A DNA stretch of 64,000 nucleotides. It comes from Sminthopsis crassicaudata (Eukaryota). The stretch's first letter is position 1, and the number at the start of each line of letters is the position of its first letter. A program made the translations under genes and the position numbers. The notes under the pieces are model-generated. The model made no database searches. It saw only the letters and a list, made by a program, of their open reading frames with translations, and was not told the origin of the DNA. This document shows, one piece after another, positions 25,959 through 40,039 of the stretch. The DNA lies in assembly GCF_048593235.1 (NCBI RefSeq), contig NC_133621.1, positions 201,335,238-201,399,237 of the forward strand. Direction: 5' to 3'.

Positions 25959-26105
25959 GTTTGTCATAGTAAGAGTGGAGAAGTGAATTCTGCTAAAGTG
26001 GCAAATCTGGTTAAAGCCTATGTAGATAAATACAAACATTCACGGAAGGGAAGCCAAAAGAAAAACCCAGAAGAACCTGCTTCGACTGAAAAAAAAATAG
26101 GGTGA
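25959..26105 (+). CDS. SCAF11: SCAF11 last coding exon (exon 15)
   Basis: ctgctgtag|GTT TGT CAT...GGG TGA, 147 bp, VCHSKSGEVNSAKVANLVKAYVDKYKHSRKGSQKKNPEEPASTEKKIG*. Confidence 0.97.
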   Translation, partial: VCHSKSGEVNSAKVANLVKAYVDKYKHSRKGSQKKNPEEPASTEKKIG

Positions 26106-26740
26106 AATAAGAAGAGTTAAGAACACTATCAAGATTATCTGCAAAGTGCAATTTCAACATGTACCATTAACTGAAAATTATACACAACTGTGATTGAAAT
26201 TTGGTTTTGATGAAAAAAAAAATTTTTTTTTCAATGTAGGATATGATAGTTTGTTCTAAATGAATAGAGTTCTGCATTGCAACTTCTTTATCTCTTTTTT
26301 TTTTTTTTTCAAAAACAAGTTGAAAGGAAAGTGAAAGATTTGAAAGAGTGAATTTTAATTAGGAAAGTGCTAGAGTGTGAATACCAGAATATGTATAGCA
26401 TTTTGACTTGAATAGTGGAGTGCATAAATTAGAAACAAGTACATTGATTTTGGAAGAGGTATGTACATGTAGGCAATAAGCCTAAATATATTAAGGTAGG
26501 ATTTTCTTCCTTATGTCTATCCCCCTTTAATTGTGGTAAAAGTTAAAATAATGTATTGCCATGGTTAATATTTCTAATATTAAGTAGACAGACTAGTTGC
26601 TGGATTCATTGTATGTTCTTTTATACATATATACACAGACACACACACATTTTTTTAAAGCACATAACTGTCAAAACAAAGAAAATCATAGAAAACAGTA
26701 CTATTCAACTCCACAATTTTTGGAATACTATTCAACACCA

Positions 26741-26746
26741 AATAAA
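26741..26746 (+). terminator. Candidate proximal poly(A) signal of SCAF11
   Basis: AATAAA followed by GU/U-rich gattttgctgcttgtttttattttgtg. Confidence 0.45.
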
Positions 26747-28815
26747 GATTTTGCTGCTTGTTTTTATTTTGTGCTCTTCCCCCACCCCCATTACTTTTGG
26801 GTTATTATTATGAAATTGCATAACTATTTTGAGATTACTAGAATTTTGGCAGTCTATATGGTCTCAGGCTGCACTTGGAAGGACAATCCAGAGAACACTT
26901 TAGAAATCATGCACTCTTTATTCACATCTTCTGTTGGCCAGAGACAGCATATTGTACTACCAGAAATCTGTAGTTATATATAAGATTTGTGTGTTGCCAT
27001 TGTACTTGGAAATAGGGTATAACAAATTTATTTTTTGATAATGTGGCTTACACAGGTCAAGAAAACTGGTATTGTCATTCATGTGGAATTTTCAAAGCAT
27101 TTCACAGTTATGAGTGAAATACATAGACATGTAAAATCCAAACATGAAAATTTGTTTTGTGGAAAGAAAAGAGAATGATAGAGTTTTAATAGAGTCTTTG
27201 AGAGCTATTGTCTTAAAAAATGCTATAAAAACATGCTGATTTGAAAATATGGCTTAAAGACTAGTTTCCTTTTATAAAAGACAATACTAGAAAGGTACAA
27301 AATCTTCCACCACTTCCACCCAGGAACAGCTTTGGTTAAAAATCAAACAATAAATGGTATTTAGAGAAACAATCCTATATTTCAAGGCAAGATTGTATTT
27401 TATTGAGTCAAATTTGATCCTTTTGTTAAATTTTTCAGCTTAAGCAATATTGTTTATTACTATGCTGTCTTAGAGTAAAGGTTTTTCATTTCTTCAATTT
27501 TAGGTGAGCAGTATGTGCCTGGTTCTAGCTTTGGTAGGCACAGTTATTTGAAATCTTAGTACCTAATTAATGGTATATCATCCTTGTCAGACTTCTTAGG
27601 AAAGTTCTGAGGCATTGAACAATAATGACCTTTGCATTACTTTTTTGGATAGCTTTACTTTGTCATTTTTCTGATTTTTTTTTTTGTTTAGTTTTGTTTA
27701 AAACCTTATCATAGATAAAGTCTAATAGGATGTGGAGTTTGATAATGATTTTTCTCTTCCCTAAAGCACACTCAAACCATGTCTTAAGATTCGCACAGTA
27801 CCCTCTTCCCTCCCCTTCCCCCCATTCAGTTTTCACCTGTGGCAGCAGTTGTGTGAACTTTCAATCTATTTTGAACTAAAACTGGTTAGCACTTTGAAGA
27901 AATTTGTAGCAAATTGCTATGCCTATGCTGATTAATCACACGCTGTGCGTATTTTCCTGCATTTTCCTTCAAGGAGTTTGTGGAGTTGTTTATATAACAT
28001 TTTTCCTCTCTTGCTTTATATATTTGAGTCTCATTGCCAGACAACTCTTGCAAACCTGTAAAAGGGCTTAACAGAATGGCAGGTATGGTAAGGATATAAA
28101 ATCTTAGGATTAGGGTAGAAGATTTTTATGTTTTTTATTTTTATACCCAGCTGGGAAATAATAAAGGGTAGCTGCCACTTCTAGTTGGGACAGTGGTTGC
28201 ATTGAAGCTCTGCTGTATCTGTAATTCCTAATTAAGAACAACTTATAAATTAGAAAGCTATGAGTAAGCTTTTTCTTGTTTTCTTGGAAATATTTAAGAA
28301 TTTATCAGCAAATGCATGATGTATATTTTTAACAAAATATATTGCCTTATGTGCCCTTTGTTTTCCCAGAAATTTAAATTTACTTTGCACATATCTGATG
28401 TGCTTTCCCTGTCACCATCACCAGTTAGTTCCTGATTCATTTTAGTATTAAGACTCCAACTTTATAATTTTGGGTCTAAATACCACAAAATGTTATAGTG
28501 TTTATTAGCAAGTGTTCATGGCCAAAAAAAAAAAAAAAAAGTTCCCAAGATTTTGAAGAAAGTTATTTTTAGAAACTAAAGATATAGTGACCATTAAGTT
28601 TTGGAATTTTAAAGATTTTGTGAACCTTTCTGCTAATTACTGAGTTTCCCCCTTACACTCTTCAAAATAAACACTGTGCCTGCTGCTTGAATGTATGGTT
28701 AGGAGCACAGTGGCTGTCCCAGGGTCTGTGTTAAGTTGTTTGTAGTGTAAGGCTGGAGTGCTGCCTACTAAAACAGTACTATCTTAAACAAATTATGTAG
28801 TGTATAATATTTTCT

Positions 28816-28840
28816 AATAAATTCTTTTGACTAAAATAAA
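28816..28840 (+). terminator. Candidate distal tandem poly(A) signals of SCAF11
   Basis: AATAAA at 28816 and 28835, with U-rich sequence downstream, at the end of the unique UTR-like region. Confidence 0.55.
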
Positions 28841-29599
28841 TGCTGTCTTTAATATTTTATTATGTCTCAGTTTAGTAAATCTTATCTTTTTCACATTTTT
28901 TTCCTTATACCTGGGATGATGTATTTAGTGCATTGGTTCCACAGTTAAGGTCAAGTGTATGTGTAAGACATAAGGTAAAGGAAAAAGATTATCCTTCTAA
29001 ATACATGTATTTTATATATCAGATTTTCCCAACCTCTGGCTCTTGCTCTTACTCTTTTAGTATTTGGCATATTATATTCTATATGCTTAATTTTTAAGTG
29101 TTTAAAATAATGAGTTTATGGTAATAGTCTTTGGTACATTCCAGCATGTGTCTTTCTAAAATATTGCATTCAGAATTGATTACAATATGGCCAGTATGTC
29201 CTGAGAAAGCCCTTCTAATTGAGTGCCTCAATGGAACACATTACCTTTTTTTGTTACAATTCATGTCACACTCTTGACTCATGGAGCTTTCAGTCCACAA
29301 AACTTTTTTTCTTTAGTCTTATCCTTTCCATCTTGGATTTTCAGAGTTGATTTTTGTGAATAGAAGATAACAGTTTTATATTTATCCCTACTAAATACAA
29401 TCCATTATTGGGATTCATTTTTATATCTATACTTTCAACAGACTCAGCCAACTCATTGTAAAAATGTTCAGTTGCATAGAATCACAGACAGAATCCTGGA
29501 ACATGCCATTAGTGACTTTCAAGCAGCTACCAACCCATTTGTTGAGGTTGATTTTACTTACAAGACCATCTCTTCAACTAGTTCTGTAACTGTAATTCA

Positions 29600-30130
29600 C
29601 ATCTTTATCAGGCAAAAGAAGCACTTAATAAGTATTTACTATGTACCAGGCAGTATAGTAGGTATTAGAAATTGACAGAGCAAAGAAACTTATACCTTAT
29701 TGGGATGACACAGCATATTTACAAAGTGAACAAAAAGTATTTTTAGGGAGGGATAAGGAAACTAACAACTGGGGGAAGTTGTTAGAACTCAGTAAGCCTT
29801 GAAGGGAACTAAGGACTGACCCTAAGATGTAGAAGCAAGGAAGGACACATTGATTCCATGTATGAGGCCCTGCTGTGCAGAGGCATAGGAGTAAGAGATA
29901 GCATCCTGTATATGTGGAGGAGGAGGCTGGTTTGGCTGGAATAAAGAATATGAAAAGGAGACGTGATGTACTTAATAGATGGGGAGAAGCTTTAACATGG
30001 AAGAGTTTATTTTTTAATTTGATCATTCAGTGGAAAACCAGTGAAGCTTCTTGATCGGGGAATACTATAGTCAGAGTTGTATTTTAGTATAACAATTTAG
30101 CAACGAATGGATTAGAGAGAAGAAACCAGG
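29600..30130 (+). mobile_element. L2 fragment
   Basis: aagcacttaataagtatttactatgtaccaggcag...gatgtagaagcaaggaagg...ggtttggctgga. Confidence 0.6.
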
Positions 30131-30669
30131 TAACCTGAAGGCGGCTGTAGTCCATTTGGGAGGAAATAGATGTCAGGTTTTCAAGTCTTGAGGAGAAAAA
30201 AATTCTGGCTTTTCTTAGGGACATTCAATTTTTGTCTCATCTTTTAAGAGCTGATTCATGTTAACCATGTGCTTCTCTGTTGCTCTTTGGGTGACTGAAA
30301 TCTTTAATTTTTTTAGAGGTTCATCATTCCTGTCCCCAAAGCAATAAAGTTTATCTGGTATTGCCTTTTTATGCTTGCATCACACTGGTCTTTAAGACTG
30401 CATTTTGTCTTTCTGAGGCTCAGGATTATTCTTAGGGTATATTTACTGCTCATTAATTAGGTTCGACATATCTATAGATAAGTTTGTTTTCTCCTTCCCT
30501 CTCCTGTTCGAATCTGCCAGACTATAGATACTTTTTTTCTCTTTTTATCATAGTCTCAAACTCTACATCTAACTCTGCCTCTTTTGTTTCTTCTTTGACA
30601 TATTTCGTCCAATTCTTCAGTACTTTTTCTATGCTGGTAACATAAGAGTAAAAAGGTATTATTATTATT

Positions 30670-30910
30670 ATTATTTCAGTCTCATTTAGTCATTTTCTAA
30701 TTGTATCTGACCCTTTGGTGCTTTCCTTGCAAAGACACTGGCATGGCTTGTCATTTCCTGCTCTAATTTATTTTTACAGATGAGCAGACTGAGGCAAACA
30801 AGATAGAATGACTTGCCCAGGGCTAGTGAGTGAAGCGAAGCTAAATTTAAACTCAGATCTTCCTGATTATAGGCCCAGCCGTCTACCCATGCTGCCACCT
30901 AGCTGCCCTA
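30670..30910 (-). mobile_element. Mar1/MIR-type CORE SINE
   Basis: ttgcaaagacactggcatggcttgtcatttcc...ttttacagatgagcagactgaggcaaac...gctgccacctagctgccc. Confidence 0.75.
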
Positions 30911-31459
30911 TTTTCAATCTAGGAAGCCACAAAGGTGTTGTGTTATGCTGCAAATATGTATGTAGTTCACTGCAAGTCCTTTATCTTTGCTATAATTGAG
31001 ATTCTTAGTCCTTTAGGTTCTGTTTTCATAGCTCACATTGTTCAACTTGGTTTGTCTTTTCTTAGATTAGTAATTAAGGTTTCTTTCCTTCTCAGAATAA
31101 CATGGATCATCATCAGATCTAATGCCCAATACAAATAATCTAATCCTATTTATCAAGCACTTTACCAAGATTCTAGGATAGGATACACCGAGCTAAAACT
31201 TGAAGGACTCTAGAAATTCTAAGAGATGGAGATAAGGAAGCAGTTGGGGGCAGGCCTGTACAAATACTAAATTCAGAATGCTGCCAATTGAGATGTAGAG
31301 TTTGTGAAGAACAATAGAATACAGTAAACTTGGAAAGGCATTTTGGAGTCAGATTGTGAAGGATTGTAAATGCCAAAATGAGAACTGGTGGTACAAATAG
31401 GAATTTAATAGCCTGAAGTATTATAACCACTGGCTGTTTCTTGATGCCTACAAACATTT

Positions 31460-33900
31460 CCCATCCTCAAAAAAACCTTTTCTTGTTTCATCTGCCCCTC
31501 CTAGATGTGTGTAAGGTGCCTTTCTTCATACTCTCCTCTTTACTCTCAGTAGTCTATACATAATTTTCACAAGTTTAATTTAACTGAAGCTTTCCTTGCT
31601 ATCCAAAGTTGCCAATTATTTCTTTCTTTCTTTTTTTTTTTTTTTAAAGCTTTTTATTTTCAAAACATATGCATGGATAATTTTCAGCATTAATCCTTGC
31701 AAAACCTTACACTCCAATTTTCCCTCTCTTCTCCCTCCCCTAGATAGCAAGTAATCCAATATATGTTAAACATGGTAGAAATATATATTAAATCCAATTT
31801 ATGCATACATATTTATACAATTATTTTTCTGCATAAGAAAAATCAAACTGGAATAATATGAGAAAGAAAATAAATTGCAAGCAAAAGACAACAAAAGAGT
31901 GAAAATGCTATTTTGTGAATAACATTCAGTTCCCATAGTCCTCTCTCTGGGTATAGATGGCTCTGTTCATCACAAGATCATTGGCACTTTACCAATAATT
32001 TCTTAACAAATCTTAAGACTTTTTCTCAGTCCCTCATCTTTAATGACCGCAGTATCTGATTTGTTGGTAACATTGTTCTCCTTGATGTTCTCATTTCTAG
32101 GTTTTGGTGATGTACTACTACCTCCTAAAACCACTTTCCAGTCTCTTTTATTGGATGATTTTATCTAATTCTTGCTCCTTAATCATGGGTGTACTTTTCT
32201 CTTTCTATATTATTCCACTTAGTGATCTCATTAGCTGCCATGGATTCAACAGTCATCTCTGTAGTTGAAGATGTTCATGGCTTACGTCTTCAAATATTTG
32301 TTGAGCATGTTGAAATGGATTTCCATAGATGTTTTAAATATCAAAAACTGAACTCATCTTTCCCCCTAAACTCTTCTTCCTACCTTCCCTTTTAGATGAG
32401 CTAATTTCACCTTTTTCACTGATCCAGGCTCCTAACTTCTCTCTTTCATCCCTTATATCCAATCAGTTGCCAAGCCTTCTCAGTGCTACCTTTACAAGCC
32501 CTCTCTGATACTGCCACCGCCTTAGTTCAGGCCTTCATTACCTTAAACTTGAACAATTAAAGTCATCTTTTGGTTCATCTGCCTGCTTCAATCTCTTTTC
32601 CTCTAGTCCATTCTTTACTTAGCCACCGTGTTGTTCTTTCCAAACTGACCATGTTCCTCCCTATATTCAGTCAACTCCAGTGACTCTTACTACCTTAAGG
32701 TTCAAATATAAAATCCTATTTTTAACTTTTAAAGACCCTTATAATCTGGCTCTTTTCAACATTTCCAGTCTTATTTTACCTCGCTCCCTTTCATGTACTC
32801 TAAGATCTAGTGATGTTCATTTTCTTGTTGTTCTTTACACATGATTGTCCCATCTCCCAGTTCCATGTTTTCTAACCTCACCTGCCAGGAATTCTCTTCC
32901 TCCTCACCTGTACCTCCTGGTGTTCTTCCAAGAAGCATTTCCCCATCCTCTTAATTCTTGTGCCTTCTTAATGTAATCATTTATCACATATTACATATAC
33001 ATATATATGTATAAAAACATGTATAACATGCCATATGTCATGTAACATAGTTATCATTAAAACATAGTTATTTTCATGATTCCTTGAAATCAGGGTCTGC
33101 CTCTTTCTACATATCCTCAACACAGTTCCTGGCACATAATAGGTGCTTAATATTTCTTGATTTGAGTTAGGGTGGAGAGTTGACAGTTGAAAGATAGAAT
33201 GGACAAAGCTTGGTAACTGATTTTGTATGAGGGAGGTTTGAGAAAAGATGCTCTGAAGCTTTGACAGTATGATTGGAAGAATGGTGTTCACCTTAATAGA
33301 GAAAAATTTGGAGAAGGGGTTGGCATGTGGAACAGGAAAAACAAGATCCAATATGGAACTTCAGGGTTTTGGATATCTCTGAGACGTCCAAGTGGAGATG
33401 TTTACTGGTCATTTGGTGATGTGATACTGGAGCCCGGCAAAGATTAGGATTGGATATGTAGATTTGGGGGTCATCTGTAGAGCTAATGAAGCAGCTTTGG
33501 TGGCACAATGGACAGAATGGAGTCAAAAAGAGACAAGTGTAAACCCAGACTCAGACACCTAGTAGTTTTGCGACAACTACCAAGTCACTTAACCTCTGAA
33601 CCGCAGTTTCTTCATTTGCAAAATGGGAGTAAAATGAATTAATTATTTATAAAGCATTTTGTAAGCATAAAGCACTATATAAATACTATTTGTAATTAAA
33701 AACTGCTGAGATCATTAAAAGAGGATGATGGTGGCAACTGAGAAAAGACCAGGAAAAATTAAACAATTAAAGAGATTGTTGGTGGTAGAGAGAAAGCAGT
33801 TTCTGTTGAGTAGTGGGGTCACAGTCCAGATTGTTAGAGCTTGAAGGATGCAAGTCTTAAAGACATTTTCCTGTGAAAGGGAGGAGAGTTTGTGGGGATG
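31460..33900. mobile_element. L2 fragments in both orientations with a nested L1 3' end (about 31625-31990, minus)
   Basis: L2 pyrimidine-rich text and terminal cagttcctggcacataataggtgcttaata. The L1 is flanked by ccaattatttctt / ccaataatttctt. Confidence 0.6.
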
Positions 33901-36539
33901 ATTGATTCAGAGAAAATTGTTTTGAAAGTAGAAGGAAGGCTTTCATTGAAGAAAGTAGTATATTTAAAGAAAGATGGACATTTACAGAGTAGGCCAAAGT
34001 ATGATTTTCTGTCTTAGTTCATATATACCTCCTTGTATTTCTCTGATTCTCACCTTCTATCACAGCTCCTACCATGTGCTGTCCCAGTTCTTTAGGTATC
34101 GCTTTTCTTGCCTTAGAATATGAAGCCAAACTAAAAGAAATATTTTTAGATAAATTTCACTTTAAAAGAAGTTCAGTTTATCATGCAAGCTGAAGACCTT
34201 TAGAGTGAGGCCACATTGCTACAAAATTAAGGTAATAAAGGACACTTAATTGAAGGCAAGCTACTTTTATAATTTCATGCCTGTAACCAGAGGTAACCTA
34301 GTCATTAGCTAAGTTTGTAGCTAAGCTCAAAAAAGCTTTTACTAGGCTAAATGATGGAAGGAAGATGTTAATCAGAAATTTTGGTTTAACTAAGGAGTGA
34401 GCAACCTCATTTTCTCCTGCTTAGAATTCCCTTCTTAATAAACTCAATATTCTCTGAATAGGATGGCACAGTTAGCTTAATTCTTTCAAGTCATATTGCC
34501 AGTAAGAAACCTTCCTAGCAAATGGCATTTTTCTTTAAAAGTTTTTTTTCCAATTAAACATCTCCCTCTACTTCTTGGGGGGGACCACTATGGTATAGAA
34601 GACAGAAAATTATTACTAGAGGCAGAAGCCTTGGGTTCAAATCGCATACTGTATACTATGTAATCTTAGGCAAGTTCCTTAATGGGAATTTCTTATTATT
34701 TCTTATTTTTCAGATTATTTATAAATTATAGAGAAACTAGTCAGCTCTGTTGATAATGTTTCTCATTAATGAAAGTTTCATATAAATGAAATCAAGTTCA
34801 GTCAGAAGAAAAATAGAAATGATAATACTCAGTGCCTATAACTATTTTATGTGATAATTACAAGTTGCAGAAGTGGAGAATAAATTTTCAAATTCAGAAA
34901 ATGTTGAGTATCATAGAATTTCAGATTTATAATGGACCTCAGTGCCTATCTAGTCTAATCCACAACTGAAAAATAATTCCCATAATAATTGAATTGACTA
35001 AAAATTAAATAAGTGATAATTAGACATTTCCTCAAAAACCTCTAGTTAGGGTGAACTTCTTGAAGGAATCCATTCAACATGCTCCTATTGAATTTAGGGA
35101 GTTGTATCTTTCATTGATTAATCATTCTTCTGTTTCTGTGGCCAACAAGAGCAAGTCTTTTTCCATATGAAGAAACCAAAGATATAGAGCTGGAAAATGA
35201 GCACAGATTTAGAGCAGAGAAAATCTAAATGTTCTTCCTTTCCTCATCACCATTTTCCAGATGAGGCCCAAGAAGGGACATACCTTTAAGTGAAATCATA
35301 GAAGCAAGTGGCAGATTTGGGATATGAATCCAGGTCCTTTGTTTCTAAATCCATTTTTTAAAAATATGAAAATGGGAAATGAGAACTTCTCTCCCTTTCC
35401 CTCTAAATAAATCCTATCAAAATTCTGCCCATTTCCTGAGATTGCTTTCAGATGGTCTGAATAATTTTACAAAATGCCTTCCCGGCCCTCAAGTTTCCTG
35501 CTCTGTTGAATATTGTTCCCTTAATCATCAGTGTCAGACTTTCTCCTCACTCTCCAATCACTTGCCACTGTTTTTTCTTCTGTAATGCCTCCATAGAGCA
35601 GCATTTGGAAGGAAATCAGAAGTCATTTCATCTAGTTTGTCCCTAAGTCATGAATTCTTTCTAAAACTTCAAATCTCTACTTGAAAAACCTCTTCTGATA
35701 AGAAATTCAGTACTAACTCCGGAGGGGACTCAAGCTTAGGAAGTTTTCCCTTACATATGAAGTCATCTGCTTTATCACTGTACCAAAGAAAACTTCTCTA
35801 GGCCTAAAAACAAGTATGATCACGCCTCCAAATTTGGCCTCAAGCTACCTTCAGTTATATTTCACAATTACCCTATTGCATTCTATGTTCCGAACTAATT
35901 GGACCAGCTGCTGAAAAAAAAAATCACCAAAATCAATAAATCCTTTCTATTGAAATGCTTTTCAGCCTTCTAGGCCACTGGAGAAAATGCATTTCCCATT
36001 CCTGCCTTTGCATAAGCTGTTCTCTATCCCTCTCTACTCCCAAGCCTGTTTGCCAGCTTTTCCCCCTGATTTACTTTATATTCTCCCAAGAGAGGCTAAC
36101 CTCTGGGGGCAGAGACTTTGGTTTCTTTGATTTCCTGCACTTTGTAGATAGGCAGTAAATGCATTCCTTATTCATTTCTATTCCAGAAACCCACCATTTG
36201 GTTCCTCTTTGGAGCCTCCCATAGACCTTCTCATTCTCAAGCTCACTGTAGGTGGTATAAGCCTCTTCCCTGAAAAGAAAGATCTGGAGAAGTGAGTGTT
36301 CCCTTTTCCAGGCTTGCAGATGATGCTTTAGTACCTGGATTTTTGTTCTGCCGCCATCCCTCATAAATAACTTCTTGTGAACTTTATTCCAAAGGTTGAT
36401 GTCACCCCATCCAGTCCTCACTGCTGTTAGCTACCAGCGTCTAAGTTACTCTCTTAAATGAGTTTTGTACCAGCCTCAGAACATGTTCTGTCCCTCTTTA
36501 CGCCCTTTCTTTCTTTTTTTTTTTTTTCAGGTGATCTCA

Positions 36540-36853
36540 CTTTTTTAGAGAATTATCCTACATGGTGAGCTCCCTCATCTCTCCTCCATACTTCAGAGCA
36601 TTGTCTCTCTGACATTGCTACAGTCTTTTTTTCTTTTTTTAATGGTAATTATTTTTAAAAATTCATTTTATTTTCAATTCAGGGAAGAAAGCAAGCATTT
36701 TCATAACACAGTGCAATAAAAATACTTGAACATGAAACTGTAAATCTACCATGTACCACTTGCTGTTCCCTCCAAATATATGACAAAATTATTGTGTAAC
36801 TTTTTTCCTTTTTTTCTTCCCTACTTTATAGATGGCTACCATTAGACACAAGT

Positions 36854-36917
<64 letters not shown>

Positions 36918-38160
36918 TACTCTAAATTTACTTCTATATATCAGTGCTCTGGATGCTAATGGCATCTCAATATATTATTTTTAATCTCTTTATTTGTATA
37001 GGTTAAAATGACTTAGTTGCTCAAAGTTGTTCTTATTAAAACAATATTTCTGTTATTGTATACAATATTTTCTTGGTTCTGCTTGTTTTGTGCAAGTCTT
37101 TACATGCCTTTCTGAGATCATTGAGCTCATCATTTCTTACAGCACAGAAGTGTTCAATCAAGCACAGCTGTATACCACAACCCTTTCAGCCATTCCCCAG
37201 TTAATGGGGATCCTTGCAATTTCCAATTCTTGGCCATCACAAAGAAAGAAAGCAGCTATCAACATATCATTCACATTTCAAATTATAATTACTACTTGTG
37301 AATTTCTGGCTCTAATCTTTAAGGAAATGATGGGATCTCTGCTCTCTGTGAATATGCCCCCAATGCCCATCTTTTAAACAAAACTTGACCCTACACATTG
37401 TCCCAGTCTTTTCCCTTTTAGACCCAGAGAAGTAATCTATGCATGTTACTTCTATTTAACTATACTCAATCTGTAATTACAATATGGGTTCCATTTTTAT
37501 ATGAAAGTTTTAACTTCTCCAAAGGGGGAAAAAAGTATTATTTTTCAGTGCTTATTCTGCTTGATCTCTGTAGCTTTTTTGTATACTCCTTGGATTTTGC
37601 TTTCTCCTTGTTCTCCTAACTCTGTGACTGACTTCACTTGCCTCTGGTGCATCACCCACTTTATATTCCCAAAGTTCTTGGGCCTCTGTGATCTTATTCT
37701 CTGTTCACACAACTCCTCATCTTCCCCATTAAAGCATCTCAAGAATTATCCTCAGCTGAACTCATCTTTACCCACCACAACTCATACTTCTTGCAAACTT
37801 TATTTCAGTTGATGTCAGCTCATGTTGAGTCTCTTAGACTAAAACTTGAGGGAAGCCTATACTTTTATCTCATCCAATTGCTTACCTAATTAACTCCACA
37901 TCCAGTCCCTTCTGTCCATGCACATGATTATTACCTTGGTTTTAGGGCCTCACCACTTCCTACCTAGCTTATTGCAATTACCCAACTGCTTTCCTTGTGG
38001 TCAGTTTCTTTTCCAGTCCATTCTTCATGTATTTTCTTTCCTAGGGCTGAGAAAACTAAAGTAAAATCTGTGGTAGGCAGGAATTGTTATAATTGGCCTT
38101 TGCATTTCCAGCATGTACACTTCCTTGCACAGTATTTAATATTTATTAAATGTTGAATAC
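36540..38160 (-). mobile_element. L2 with nested old L1 3' end (about 36640-37310) and (GT)n at 36858-36912
   Basis: L2 text and terminal catgtacacttccttgcacagtatttaatatttattaaatgttgaat. The GT tract is seen directly. Confidence 0.55.
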
Positions 38161-39249
38161 CCTTTCCTCCATATATTCAGTGTTCTAGTAGGCTGAACTC
38201 CGTTTTGTCTCCTAAATGTGCCGTGGATTCTAAGAAAATAAGTTTAGAGCTCAGAGAGACCTCAGAAAATGTATAGAAAAGTTTGGTTTTCTAGAAAAGG
38301 GAACTGCTCAAGGTCAAATTGTATTGAGAATGAGGATTTAAGTCCTGATATTATAATTCCAGATTCCTTTATAGTAGTGCCTGCGGGTTATATTCTTTCA
38401 ATGTCTTTGCCAATAGCATTCTCTCTCTGTACTTAAAATATCCTCCTTTTAGGCTGGAATCAAATGCAGCCCATCTTTTCCCCCCTGGCTAGACTATAAC
38501 CTCTTTTCCTTTGCTTTTTTTTTTTTTTTTTTTAAGAGAAAATTTCTTTTTAGTGTGGGTGAAGTGACTTCACTTAGGGGTGAAACTGGATGTGGATGAC
38601 TTCTCTCCCTGCCCCTCCCCCCCTTCCTCCCTCACTCCAAATTTGTGATTCCGTGATAGGTCATTGTAAAACACTTAACACAGTGTCTGGCAGAGTTAAT
38701 TAACCATGTATCAGTGCTTATTCAAATCCTTTCTCCCATTTGATATTTTTGGTGACCTGGCTTTAGGGAACATTCTTTTAAGGGGAGAAAAAAACAGCAA
38801 CACATGGGTAATTGTTGGGAATAGTTTTGTGTCAATTTTTTCTGTAAGTAAAAATTTAATAAATTGTATTTTCTTGCTATGAGTTTTCTCTGATTATTTA
38901 TCTTACACATACTTCAATTATGAATAAGCAAAAACTTGATCACCTTGTTCTTTACATTTGGCCTGAGTTTTGTTGCCTTCTTAACATTGTTCAAAATATT
39001 CCACCTTCCTATTCACATTAATGGTGAATGCTTTTTATGACTGGATTCATTGTTTCATGTTTCTTTGAACTCTACCTGTTGGCTGTTAATCAGTTAACAG
39101 CATACTTTTATTCCAGTCCTTTGCCATCCACAAATCATTAAGTTCTATGATTGTCATATAGGTTGTTGGTAGTAATCTGGCAGAATGGAAGGTGATGAAC
39201 ATTTTAATACCAGTACAATTAAGCTCTATTTAACTGCTCTTCCACCCAA

Positions 39250-40039
39250 AGCTAGAAAATAACCCAGACAGACAGAATTCTATTTATTTGGGGAGATCCG
39301 AGAAAAAAATCTTAAGAATAATTTTTCTAACCCAGGTCCAGACAAGACACTTGGGGACAGGCTTTAGGGAAGGAAAGAGGTGAATCCCAGATTCAGCATC
39401 GAGGGGCCTAAATACCTAAAGGCTGCAGGAACTTAGTAGCTCGGTTGTTTACACACACCCTCCCCCCCAGTTCTGAGTCACAGATCCAAGGCAGACTGAA
39501 GAGGAGCGGCATTCCAGGGTGCAGAATGGTCGTCAACCTTTGGTTCGTTTACAAGGAGAAAGTTCAGAAGCACGTGGTACCTGTGTGGCTCTTACTTCAG
39601 GCACATGGAGAGCTCAATCCCAACTTCGAGCCCAGTCGGTCTAACAAGACTATGCAGTGGTTAATAAGAATAGAAGTCCCAGATTAAAAAGGAGTTTTCT
39701 ATTGGGCAGTGACTGAGTCCCACAGCAGCCTATTGAAACTCCAAATGTTTCACTAAGTGTGTGGTCAGACCCTAATCTAATTCAATAGTTGCAAAGAAAG
39801 TCCAGGCAAATGGATGAGAAGGGTGACTTTGCCTGGGGCACTGGGAGCCTTGAGAGCGGCAGGACCTTAGCCGGAGGGAACAGAGGGAACTGAGGGAACG
39901 CTGAGATCCTGGAATAAACCAACAAGGTGAAAGCAGCATGACCAACCATCCCAGATAACTTGGCTCTAACAAGTCCAAAATCAAGAAGTAGGCTGGAAGA
40001 TGAGTAAAACAAAGTCCCACCACAAAAAGCTTCTGCTAT
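39250..40039 (-). mobile_element. ERV leader-like internal sequence adjoining the LTR at 40040
   Basis: GC/CpG-richer sequence abutting the LTR 3' end. No clear PBS or gag ORF. Confidence 0.4.

Larger units (their letters stand above)
26106..28860 (+). other. SCAF11: SCAF11 3' UTR (end approximate)
   Basis: Repeat-free U-rich sequence after the stop, ending in clustered AATAAA at 28666, 28816 and 28835. Interspersed repeats resume at about 29.6 kb. Confidence 0.65.

Noticed and set aside
26556-26983. ORFs of 85 and 128 aa in the SCAF11 3' UTR
   Set aside because: TTG starts, low-complexity composition, no homology cue.
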